Part shown: one piece after another, positions 47,458 to 55,694 of the stretch
How the letters are laid out: every line of letters begins with the position of its first letter
Position numbering within the stretch: position 1 is the stretch's first letter
NCBI GenBank assembly: GCA_020851115.1
Contig: JADZDJ010000018.1
Location: 15,780-79,779, forward strand
Reading direction: 5' to 3'
DNA: 64,000 bases
Origin: Pirellulales bacterium
GTDB lineage: Bacteria; Planctomycetota; Planctomycetia; Pirellulales; JADZDJ01
The notes under the pieces: model-generated
The model's input: the letters and a program-made list of their open reading frames with translations, nothing else
Database searches by the model: none
What the model was told of the DNA's origin: nothing
Position numbers and translations under genes: made by a program

Positions 47458-48549
47458 ATGTTGAGCGACGCCTCGAGCATTCCGATGGGAGGGCCTTCTT
47501 CCTCTGTGTCACTGCGCCTCTGCGATTCAAAGTGCCTTGCGCTAGACATCGGCGGTGCGAATTTGAAAGCAGCCGACGGCCGAGGCTTTGCCGTGTCGCT
47601 GCCATTTCCGCTTTGGCGTCGGCCGGATCAATTGTCGGCGGCCATCGAGCAATTGATCGCCACAGCGCCAACCTGCGAGCGGATTGCCGTCACCATGACC
47701 GGTGAATTGGCCGATTGTTTCCAGACCAAGGCCGACGGAGTACGGTCGATCGTCCATGCGGCCGCGACGGCCGCGGGAAACCGCCCGGTCGAAATCTATC
47801 TGAACGATGGCCGCCTAGTGTCTCCAGCCGTCGCCGTGGCTGAGGGACTGCTGGCCGCGGCATCGAATTGGCATGTACTTGCGCGGTTTGCCGGCCGCTT
47901 TCTGAACGGCGAGCCGGGGCTGCTCATCGATCTTGGCTCGACCACCGCCGACATCATTCCGCTTGTGGACGGTCAGCCGGCGGCATCCGGTCGCACCGAT
48001 ACGCAGCGGTTGCTCTCATATGAATTGGCGTACACTGGCGTCGAGCGGACACCCGTTTGCGCCGTGGTCGACGCCATTCCCTATCGCGGCTATTGGTGTC
48101 CGGTTGCCCGTGAGTTGTTCGCAACGATGTGGGACGTATATCTGGTTCTCGGCGAACTTCCCGAAGAGATCGATTCGCTCCACACCGCCGATGGCCGACC
48201 AGCGACGACAGCGGCGGCCATCGACCGCTTGGCGCGAATGATCTGCGCCGATCGGGAGTCATTTGATCAAATCGATGCAATCGTCGCGGCTCGCCACATA
48301 GCGGCCAGCCAACGGCGGCAATTGGAAACTGCGATCGATCGAGTGTTGACATGTCTGTCGTCGCCACCAAAAACGATTGTGATTGCCGGCCAGGGGGAAT
48401 TCTTGCTGCAACAGATACTCAAACAGCGCGGCATTGGGGAACGCCGCGTGTCGCTGTCCGAGCAACTCGGCCCCGTGCTGTCCCGCTGCGCTCCGGCCCA
48501 TGCCCTGGCGGTGATCGCCGCCCAAGACACTTCTCACGCTCCGCCGTGA
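47458..48549 (+). CDS. hydantoinase_A/ASKHA-fold protein ('H4MPT-linked C1 transfer pathway protein', Orf7/MfnF-like candidate)
   Basis: 363 aa with 'CLALDIGGANLKAA' and 'LLIDLGSTTADIIPL' (ASKHA phosphate-binding motifs). The gene lies immediately downstream of the ATP-grasp gene. Confidence 0.6.
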   Translation: MLSDASSIPMGGPSSSVSLRLCDSKCLALDIGGANLKAADGRGFAVSLPFPLWRRPDQLSAAIEQLIATAPTCERIAVTMTGELADCFQTKADGVRSIVHAAATAAGNRPVEIYLNDGRLVSPAVAVAEGLLAAASNWHVLARFAGRFLNGEPGLLIDLGSTTADIIPLVDGQPAASGRTDTQRLLSYELAYTGVERTPVCAVVDAIPYRGYWCPVARELFATMWDVYLVLGELPEEIDSLHTADGRPATTAAAIDRLARMICADRESFDQIDAIVAARHIAASQRRQLETAIDRVLTCLSSPPKTIVIAGQGEFLLQQILKQRGIGERRVSLSEQLGPVLSRCAPAHALAVIAAQDTSHAPP

Positions 48550-48809
48550 AGCGGCATGACCATCCACCACAGACGCATTTCCGAATCGGATCCGCGTGCT
48601 TCAGGAAGCAGGTGGGCCGGCCCCGCTCACAGGCGAACGCGGCTCGGAAATGTGTCAACCGTGAATGGAGAGAGAATAATCTGACATTCAGTGTCGGCAA
48701 GCGATACCAAACTTGGGGAGAAGATCAGATCGATGATAGACGGGACCAATTCGCGGAACTGGCTCTCGTCGCATGGCCCCTCATATCAAAACCGAGAACC
48801 ACACGGAAA

Positions 48810-48849
48810 AAATAGTTCAATTTGCGTGCCAAACGCCTTAGAACTATTT
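48810..48849. terminator. bidirectional terminator-like stem-loop between convergent genes
   Basis: AAATAGTTC (48810-48818) pairs with GAACTATTT (48841-48849). An inner GCGT/ACGC pair is also present. The A-run on the left and T-rich flank on the right fit both orientations. Confidence 0.45.
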
Positions 48850-48905
48850 CTCAAAGTGCATCACTTCCATAATTCCTACTAGCGAATTTCGGATCGCCGT
48901 GTTCA

Positions 48906-49136
48906 TTACGAGGCCCAGTCCAGGCCCGTTTCGTGCTTGACGCGGCGCTCAAAATCTCCCAGCAGGCCGCCGATCACGTCCCAGCGATCGCGGCGTCGGA
49001 CTTCAATATCACCTTGTAGATTCACCCGCACAAAGCACTTGTCGGTCAACCCTGCAGTGCGAAGCTCTTCGGGCTTTACTTCGTCGGGTTCCAGCAAATG
49101 CATCAGGGTGGCCCCCGTCATTTCAATGAACTTCAT
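48906..49136 (-). CDS. small hypothetical protein
   Basis: The track ORF runs to 49229; the ATG at 49136 gives a 76-aa product 'MKFIEMTGATLMHLLEPDEVKPEEL..'. Residue composition looks protein-like. Family not recognised. Confidence 0.4.
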   Translation of the reverse strand: MKFIEMTGATLMHLLEPDEVKPEELRTAGLTDKCFVRVNLQGDIEVRRRDRWDVIGGLLGDFERRVKHETGLDWAS

Positions 49137-49438
49137 TTGGCGGCACCTTTCAGTGGTTGGCCCCCTGGCGGTTGCATGCCGACGATCGATGGCCTGCACA
49201 CTAGGGAAGTCAGAGTAGCCTTGCGGCAATCCGGCGGCAAGTGGGTCGTGTCAGGGAAACCTTAAATCCTAGTTGCGAGAAATCAATCTTCGCTTATGTA
49301 GCCCAGCGCGGCCAACCCTCCCGAAAGCAACCGACCGTTCCGCTCCAGCCAAACTGGCCAACGAGGCAGATATTGCCGGGCCATTCCTGCACCGCCGACA
49401 TCCGCTATCCGTGAAGAGAGCCGGGCCGCCGGTGGCGA

Positions 49439-51103
49439 TTACTTTGCTTGCTGCACTTTCTTGAGGTGATCCAAATCTTCCTCCGAGAGCATCGCCAACG
49501 GCACCATGATCGTTTTGCCGTCGCGGCGTTTGAGCGTGACCTTGTCGGCGGTTTTCTCGACGAACATCGCTTCAATTTTGTATTTACCGGTCTTGTCGCT
49601 CCATGTGCGGAATTCAGGAACGCTCGGCGCTGCGGCCGAAGAGGCCACGGGATTCTCAGAACCATTCTTTGCCGCGGTATCGGGCTGCGAAGCACCGCTG
49701 CCCACGGTGATTCCAAGTTCTTCGAAATGCTTTGCCAAGTCCTCGGCGGGAAGTTCGCGGAGTACGCGGATATTCAGTGCGGCTCCGCGGTAGCCATAGG
49801 GCTCGATCGCGCAGACATACATCAACCGGCCGGGAATCGACTGACCGCTCGGAAGTTTTTCGGCCTTCATGCCGCGAACGGCCACCGGCAATCGGTCGTC
49901 TTCGATGCTGGCGATGAACTCGTCGCTATCGAGGATCGTCGTCACAAAGATCTCCGCGACGCAGCCAATGTCACCGACTTCCTTGAGTTCAACTTGCGGG
50001 CCGGCCTTGGTCAGATAGGTCAACAGTCCCGTCTTGGAATTCTCGATCTTGTTGAAATGCTCCTCGGCCTGGCGCACTTCTTCTTGTTGCTTTTTGACGG
50101 TCTTGGTCTTGGCATCATCGTCGGCGTATTGATAAAGCTGCTTGCCGCGATCGGCGATAATGATCACTCCTCTAGGCGCTCGCATCGCCAGCGTGTTGCC
50201 GACTCGTCCGGATTTCATCTCGGTCAGTTTCTTCTTCTCGCTGGCTAATTTCTTGCGGGCATCGAGTACGGCGTCTTTGTAGCTGTCTTTGGCCGATTTG
50301 ACGTAGGCTTCGATCTTTTCCTTGGGGATCTTGTCGACCGCCAGATCGTGCCGTTTCGGCTTGGCGCGCTCGTGTTTCGACTTGGAAGCGCCGTTGGCCA
50401 GGGAAACCAACTTGTTGTTCTTGCCTTTTTGAAACACGTCGGCAATGTCGAGGCTGGAAATCGAAAAGTTCAAGTTTTGTGCCGCGATCCCCAGCGATGC
50501 CATCGTATTGGCCCCCACGACTTCTCCACTGCGAGTGACGAGCGGACCGCCGCTATTGCCGGGCGAAACGGGCGCCGTGATTTGCAGCCAGTGTCCGGGC
50601 GCTTCCTCGCCGATATACTGGGCGGCCTCTTTGCCTTCGCGGATTGCGCTGATAATGCCGTCGCTATACGAAAACGACAGTCCCCGCGGCGCGCCGCAAG
50701 CGACGACCGATTCGCCCTTGCGCGGCAATTTGCCGGCGAGCTTCAACACGGGCAATTCCGTCTTGTCGATTTTTAGAATCGCAATGTCGCGCTTCGGGTC
50801 CATCGCCAGCGTGCCGAGAACCTTGGCCGTCTCGCCATTGGCAAATACCGCGACCGCTTCCTTTGCCCCGGCGATCACGTGATGATTCGTGGCGACAATG
50901 CCGTCCGCATCGACGACGAATCCGCTTCCCAAGCTGTCGCCGTCGACTCCTTTCACATCGATCCGCACCACCGACGGCTCGACCTTCGCAATCAAATCGG
51001 GCAAATCCAGTTGTTCGGCCGCGGTGGTAGCTAACGGGAGACATGCAGCCCAAACCACGACCCAGAGACTTGCCGCGCTGCGAACTGTGCTGCCCAACAT
51101 CAT
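49439..51103 (-). CDS. trypsin-like (S1C/HtrA-type) serine protease with C-terminal SHD1 domain
   Basis: 554 aa with a signal peptide. Catalytic triad contexts: 'VATNHHVI', 'DIAILKI', 'GNSGGPLV'. The C-terminal 'FRTWSDKTGKYKIEAMFVEKTADKVTLKRRDGKTIMVPLAMLSEEDLDHL' matches the SLA1-homology (SHD1) pattern. Confidence 0.85.
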   Translation of the reverse strand: MMLGSTVRSAASLWVVVWAACLPLATTAAEQLDLPDLIAKVEPSVVRIDVKGVDGDSLGSGFVVDADGIVATNHHVIAGAKEAVAVFANGETAKVLGTLAMDPKRDIAILKIDKTELPVLKLAGKLPRKGESVVACGAPRGLSFSYSDGIISAIREGKEAAQYIGEEAPGHWLQITAPVSPGNSGGPLVTRSGEVVGANTMASLGIAAQNLNFSISSLDIADVFQKGKNNKLVSLANGASKSKHERAKPKRHDLAVDKIPKEKIEAYVKSAKDSYKDAVLDARKKLASEKKKLTEMKSGRVGNTLAMRAPRGVIIIADRGKQLYQYADDDAKTKTVKKQQEEVRQAEEHFNKIENSKTGLLTYLTKAGPQVELKEVGDIGCVAEIFVTTILDSDEFIASIEDDRLPVAVRGMKAEKLPSGQSIPGRLMYVCAIEPYGYRGAALNIRVLRELPAEDLAKHFEELGITVGSGASQPDTAAKNGSENPVASSAAAPSVPEFRTWSDKTGKYKIEAMFVEKTADKVTLKRRDGKTIMVPLAMLSEEDLDHLKKVQQAK

Positions 51104-51293
51104 TCACCTCGAAAACTTGGAGTTGCCCGAAACCGGAAGAGAAAAGGATGGCCGCAATGACTTAGGTTGCCCCGCCATTAGAGCGGCACTTGTTATACTT
51201 TACCAAACCGGCGGCAATGTGCAAGCAAATCGCGCAGTGAGGCAGACGAGAGATTTTTATACCGACGCGCTGGAGCTCAAAAGCTCTGGTGAA

Positions 51294-52196
51294 CTATTGG
51301 ATCCGGCCGCGAATGGCCGCGGAAAGCTGTAACATCTGGGGAATTTCTAGTTCTTCCGCCCGAGCGTTGTCCGGCAATCGCAATTCGGCCAAAATCGCGT
51401 CGATGGCCGGCTTGTCGAGCCGATGTTTGTAGGCCGCGACGAGCACCCCGCGGAGGAATTTTCGGCGATGCAAGAACAGCGACCGCACCAATTGATGGAA
51501 GAACGGTCGGTCGTCCATGCTGGCGCGACGCTGGGCATCGAGCCTGATCCGCACAATGGCCGAGTCGACCTTCGGCCGCGGCCAAAACACCGCCGGCGGC
51601 ATTTGACGCAGCACTTCCACTTCGCACTGGCTTTGTACCCAAATCGAAAGCGCGCCGTAATCTTTCGTGCCAGGCTTGGCGGCGATGCGGTCGGCGACCT
51701 CTTTTTGAATGGTAACCACCATCAGCTCCGGCGGCCGATCCAACGCCAGCAGATTCGTGATCAAGGGCGTGGCAATGTTGTAGGCTAAGTTGGCAACCAG
51801 CTTGAATTGGCGTCCCGCAGCATTCATGAGCTGCCCGTCAACGGCGGCTAAGACTCCCGAAGCGATCGTGTTCTTATTCTTGAGCGCATCCTGTTGCAAC
51901 ATCGTCACATTGGCCAAGTCGATCAGTTCTTCGCTCGCCAGTTGATGCAATCGCGTGTCGATTTCGACTGTGACCACGTGCGCCACATACGGAGCGATCA
52001 AGGCGGTCAGTGCGCCTGTGCCAGTGCCAACTTCGAGAATGACGTCGTGTGGTGAAAGCTCCGCCGATTCGACAATCACCCGTTGCAAATTCAGGTCGAT
52101 GAGAAAGTTTTGCCCATGGCGGGAGTTCAATTCCAAGCCAACTTCCGCAAAGCGGCGCTTCAGGAAGGTCAGCGTCTGTCCGGCGGTAAAAATCAT
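51294..52196 (-). CDS. rsmA: 16S rRNA (adenine1518/1519-N6)-dimethyltransferase
   Basis: The track ORF runs to 52343; the ATG at 52196 gives 'MIFTAGQTLTFLKRR..HGQNFLID'. The SAM motif is 'ILEVGTGTGALT'. Confidence 0.9.
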   Translation of the reverse strand: MIFTAGQTLTFLKRRFAEVGLELNSRHGQNFLIDLNLQRVIVESAELSPHDVILEVGTGTGALTALIAPYVAHVVTVEIDTRLHQLASEELIDLANVTMLQQDALKNKNTIASGVLAAVDGQLMNAAGRQFKLVANLAYNIATPLITNLLALDRPPELMVVTIQKEVADRIAAKPGTKDYGALSIWVQSQCEVEVLRQMPPAVFWPRPKVDSAIVRIRLDAQRRASMDDRPFFHQLVRSLFLHRRKFLRGVLVAAYKHRLDKPAIDAILAELRLPDNARAEELEIPQMLQLSAAIRGRIQ

Positions 52197-52349
52197 GGGG
52201 GACGGATGAATCTTGGATTTCGGATGCAAGAGATTGTGTCGGAGCCAGTCAGATCGACTTGAAAAAATCCAACCCGACGTTAGGCGTTCCAACGACCATT
52301 CCAAATCGTCCCGATAAAACATCCTGTATCCCATCGGATTCATCTGGAT

Positions 52350-52952
52350 TCATCGGCACTCCCTAAGCTCGAATACCTGCCGCGCGACATATTTTGCCAG
52401 CACATCGGTTTCCAGGTTGACTCGATCGCCCGGCTTGAGTTGGCCGAGTGTTGTCGCGGCAAGCGTATGTGGAATGAGCGCCACGTTGAATCGTTCGCCT
52501 TCGACATCGACGAGCGTGAGGCTGACGCCATCGATGGCAATCGACCCTTTCGAGGCCAATTGCCGTGCGAGCGGCGGTGGGGCGTGGAACCAGAATGTGG
52601 ACCAATCGCCGTCGTCGCGGCGGGATTCGAGCATACCCAAGCCGTCGATATGGCCCATCACAAAATGTCCGCCGAGTCGATCGCCCACTTTCAGCGATCG
52701 CTCGACATTCACATGGCTGCCACTCTGCAACGAGCCGAGATTGGTTCGCCGTAGCGTCTCCTCGCCAGCTTGAAACGCGAATTGGTCGCCTGCGACGCCG
52801 ACCACGGTCAGACAGCAGCCGTTGATGGCGATGCTGTCGCCAATCGCAACTTCTCCAGTATATTGCGGCACCGAAATGGTCAGCCGCACGCCCGGCGCTT
52901 CGAGGTGTAATTGGGCAACCGTAGCAAGTACTTCGATCAGTCCAGTAAACAT
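52350..52952 (-). CDS. ribE: riboflavin synthase
   Basis: The track ORF runs to 53108; the ATG at 52952 gives the canonical 'MFTGLIE'. The internal duplication is visible ('GDSIAINGCCLTV' / 'GSIAIDGVSLTL'). Confidence 0.9.
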   Translation of the reverse strand: MFTGLIEVLATVAQLHLEAPGVRLTISVPQYTGEVAIGDSIAINGCCLTVVGVAGDQFAFQAGEETLRRTNLGSLQSGSHVNVERSLKVGDRLGGHFVMGHIDGLGMLESRRDDGDWSTFWFHAPPPLARQLASKGSIAIDGVSLTLVDVEGERFNVALIPHTLAATTLGQLKPGDRVNLETDVLAKYVARQVFELRECR

Positions 52953-53177
52953 GGGGGAGCAGGAGTGGCTGGGGTTCTGTTGGCTTTTGTTGTACCACGG
53001 TCTCCCGACCGCGACACTGATGTGGACGAGAGTCTCAGAAGTGCGGCTTCGCGACCATTCGGAGGCCTTCGGTAGCCTCGCGGGTGAGGGATTGGACGAC
53101 TTCGGCACTGCCGGTCGGGAAAGCCTTGTACCGCAAGATTACCAGACCACTAGGCCAGTGGACCACTGGGCATTTCT

Positions 53178-54056
53178 TCAAAACAGCGGCTCCGTCGCTT
53201 GTTGCCGATTCCTCCAACGCTGCCAGGCATAGCGAATCGGCGGTCCCAATACAAATAGGCCGCAGATGATCGGCACGCTGTAGCCGCGGATCGTCATAAT
53301 GACCACCAGCGAAAACAGCACCGCGACGACGTGTCCCATGCTACGATGGCCGCGGAGAAGTTGATTGACGACGTGCGGATAGGGAATCCGCGAAACCATG
53401 AGCGCGCCGAGGACGAGCGTAAACGCCGGCAGCACCCATTGCATGTACCAATCGACTTGTTTGATCAAATCGGGTGGAAGCGGATTTCCTTCGCGGCGGA
53501 GCGTATAAAATAAGATCGCAAATCCTGCGATCGAACCTGCCGCGGCAGGCGATGGCAAGCCGACGAACGAGAAATGGTCGTCGTCATTTTCGATTTCGAC
53601 ATTGAACCGCGCCAGTCGAATCGCAGCGCAGCCGGCAAACGAGGCGGCGATGATCCAAGTCGGCTCGCGCAGCAGGTGCGTGAAATCAGGGCACATCTTG
53701 ACCATCAAGAACGCAGGCGCGACGCCAAAAGTGACCAAATCGCACAAGCTGTCGAGCTGCGCTCCGAAATCGCTGGTCGATTTGGCCAACCGCGCAACGT
53801 GGCCGTCGAGGGCATCGAAGATCATCGCCAGGAAAATCAACCAGCCGCTGAGCATCAAATTGTGCGTCGGATCGGCTGGGTCAAACGCGTGATAGATGTC
53901 GGCGGGTTGCTCAATTTGAATGTCCTTCGCGGTATAGCCCTGCCGCAGCCCCTCCGAACCAACTCGCGACGCCACGACAATGGCGAAAAAGCCGCAAAAC
54001 AAGTTGGCCAGCGTAAACAATGTCGGTAAAACGGCGACGGTGCGGATTTTTTTCAT
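53178..54056 (-). CDS. pssA: CDP-diacylglycerol--serine O-phosphatidyltransferase
   Basis: The track ORF runs to 54122; the ATG at 54056 gives 'MKKIRTVAVLPTLFTLANL'. The CDP-alcohol phosphatidyltransferase motif is 'DALDGHVARLAKSTSDFGAQLDSLCD'. Confidence 0.9.
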   Translation of the reverse strand: MKKIRTVAVLPTLFTLANLFCGFFAIVVASRVGSEGLRQGYTAKDIQIEQPADIYHAFDPADPTHNLMLSGWLIFLAMIFDALDGHVARLAKSTSDFGAQLDSLCDLVTFGVAPAFLMVKMCPDFTHLLREPTWIIAASFAGCAAIRLARFNVEIENDDDHFSFVGLPSPAAAGSIAGFAILFYTLRREGNPLPPDLIKQVDWYMQWVLPAFTLVLGALMVSRIPYPHVVNQLLRGHRSMGHVVAVLFSLVVIMTIRGYSVPIICGLFVLGPPIRYAWQRWRNRQQATEPLF

Positions 54057-54131
54057 CGGTTGGTAAGTTGCCAGCGATACGTGGTCCGCGGTCAGTGGCG
54101 TACACAACTGACCACGGACCACCGATAAACC

Positions 54132-55094
54132 TTAGCTTGAGGTTGGTCGATACTTCGCCATCACGTCTCTGCCTGCCTTGATCCATTGCCCAACCTGCAC
54201 CAAAACTTCCAAATCCTCCGCCGGCACAATCAGTTCCGTGCGTGAGCCGAATTTGATCATGCCAAATTTCTCGCCACGGTCGAAAACTTCGCCCGGCCGC
54301 AGGTCGCAGACGATTCGCCGTGCGATCATGCCGGAAACTTGCCGGCAAACCAAGCGGCGGTGTGGGGCCGTCGGTTCCTCCAGGCCGATCCACATGCTTT
54401 CGTTTTGGGTCGTGGCATCGGGATGGTCGGCGTGCAGAAACTTTCCAGGCGAATATTTTAACCGAATCACTCGTGCCCGGCACGGCATGCGGTTGACGTG
54501 TACGTTAAACAGCGTGAGAAAAATAGCGATCCGCACAGCCGGGCCGCCGACAAACTCGTGATGCTCCAGCGGCGCGATTTCAACGACCTTGCCGTCTGCC
54601 GGGGCGACCAGCAAATCGGGCATTTGCGGAATTTGCCGCGGCGGGTCGCGGAAAAATGACACCGCCAGCACGAACAACGCGCCGCTGGCAATGGCCGCCG
54701 GCCACCAAACGAACGCCAGAAAAATCGTTGCCGCCAGCAGCGGCCAACCCATCAATTGCACTTCAGCCAGGCCCCAGCGGGCCAGCGGAATTCGCTCTCG
54801 CCAGCGAAACGGGTCGTCTTCCGGCCGCCAATGGCATTCCGTTTGGTTGCGGCAGAATTTCAAGTCGCGAGGATCAAAAATCTCGTGCGGGCAGCCGGTC
54901 GGCTCGCCTTGGCGAAGCGCGGCCATTCGCCGGACGTAGCCTTTGCGAAACGTGTGCAAATACCACCGCCGCAGCCGGCCCCAGGCAAGCTCAATCGAAT
55001 AGCAAACGCCGCCGCCGGGCTGGATGCTGGAGATATTGGCGGGCAATGGCTCAGCCGCCGTGCGGGATTTGGTCGTAGAATCCGAGATTTGCAT
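54132..55094 (-). CDS. psd: phosphatidylserine decarboxylase family protein with ~105-aa N-terminal extension
   Basis: 320 aa. The C-terminal ~215 aa are PSD-like ('RIAIFLTLFNVHVNR', 'GEKFGMIKFGSRTEL' with the GS(T/R) self-cleavage context). The gene lies just upstream of pssA on the same strand. Confidence 0.85.
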   Translation of the reverse strand: MQISDSTTKSRTAAEPLPANISSIQPGGGVCYSIELAWGRLRRWYLHTFRKGYVRRMAALRQGEPTGCPHEIFDPRDLKFCRNQTECHWRPEDDPFRWRERIPLARWGLAEVQLMGWPLLAATIFLAFVWWPAAIASGALFVLAVSFFRDPPRQIPQMPDLLVAPADGKVVEIAPLEHHEFVGGPAVRIAIFLTLFNVHVNRMPCRARVIRLKYSPGKFLHADHPDATTQNESMWIGLEEPTAPHRRLVCRQVSGMIARRIVCDLRPGEVFDRGEKFGMIKFGSRTELIVPAEDLEVLVQVGQWIKAGRDVMAKYRPTSS

Positions 55095-55407
55095 GGAGTC
55101 GCCGCCGAGTGGGGCAGGTTTTCCGTCCTGCCGAGATTACCAACATCCGACGTCGCGGTTGTCCTGCGGAAATAGCGAGCACTTCAGGAAAAATGCCCGC
55201 CCCACGACCGTTGTTCGCCGCACAAGACGAAATCATATGACATACTTCAATTAGCCTGCCAAGCAACTCATCCTATCGGCTGCCAGGTCGTTTGAAAACC
55301 GATATTGTCGTCATTTGTCTCGTCTGAAATGCTTGCCGTCGTTGCGGCGCGTCCCCAACAGCCTCCGGCAAGCGTGTTTCGTCCAACCTATTTTGAAGGA
55401 GGTTGTT

Positions 55408-55602
55408 ATGCGTGCAGCGATCGTTTCGACGTTATTGATGGGATTGGTCATGGCGTTCAACGGCATTGCCCTGCAGCGTGCCGTCTGGGCGGAAGAATCC
55501 GAAGAGCCCATCGATGAAATCCGCCACTGCTGTTGCCAATACTGCGAAGGCTGCGACCCGCGGTTTTGCGATTGCGAGAATTGCGACTGCTGCAACGAGT
55601 AG
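55408..55602 (+). CDS. small secreted cysteine-rich peptide (64 aa), metallothionein-like or RiPP-precursor-like
   Basis: GAAGGAGG lies 5 nt upstream of the ATG at 55408. The product is 'MRAAIVSTLLMGLVMAFNGIALQRAVWA|EESEEPIDEIRHCCCQYCEGCDPRFCDCENCDCCNE'. The longer track ORF (55315) lacks an SD. Confidence 0.55.
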   Translation: MRAAIVSTLLMGLVMAFNGIALQRAVWAEESEEPIDEIRHCCCQYCEGCDPRFCDCENCDCCNE

Positions 55603-55694
55603 CGTTCAAGGATCGGGATGTTGCCCAGGAGTTTGCCCAGAGATCTTGCTCCCGATCCCCGATCCTGGAACACTGCGCCTAAATCCTCCAGCGG

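Noticed and set aside
52953-53177. FMN (RFN) riboswitch-like strings upstream of ribE on the minus strand: 'TTCCCGACCGGCAGTG' and 'ACCCGCGAGGC'.
   Set aside because: The hallmark GGGUGAAAUUCCC and UUGGUGAAAUUCCAA hairpins and the closing P1 (CUUC/GAAG) are absent, so the matches are probably GC-rich coincidence. cmscan with RF00050 would settle it.
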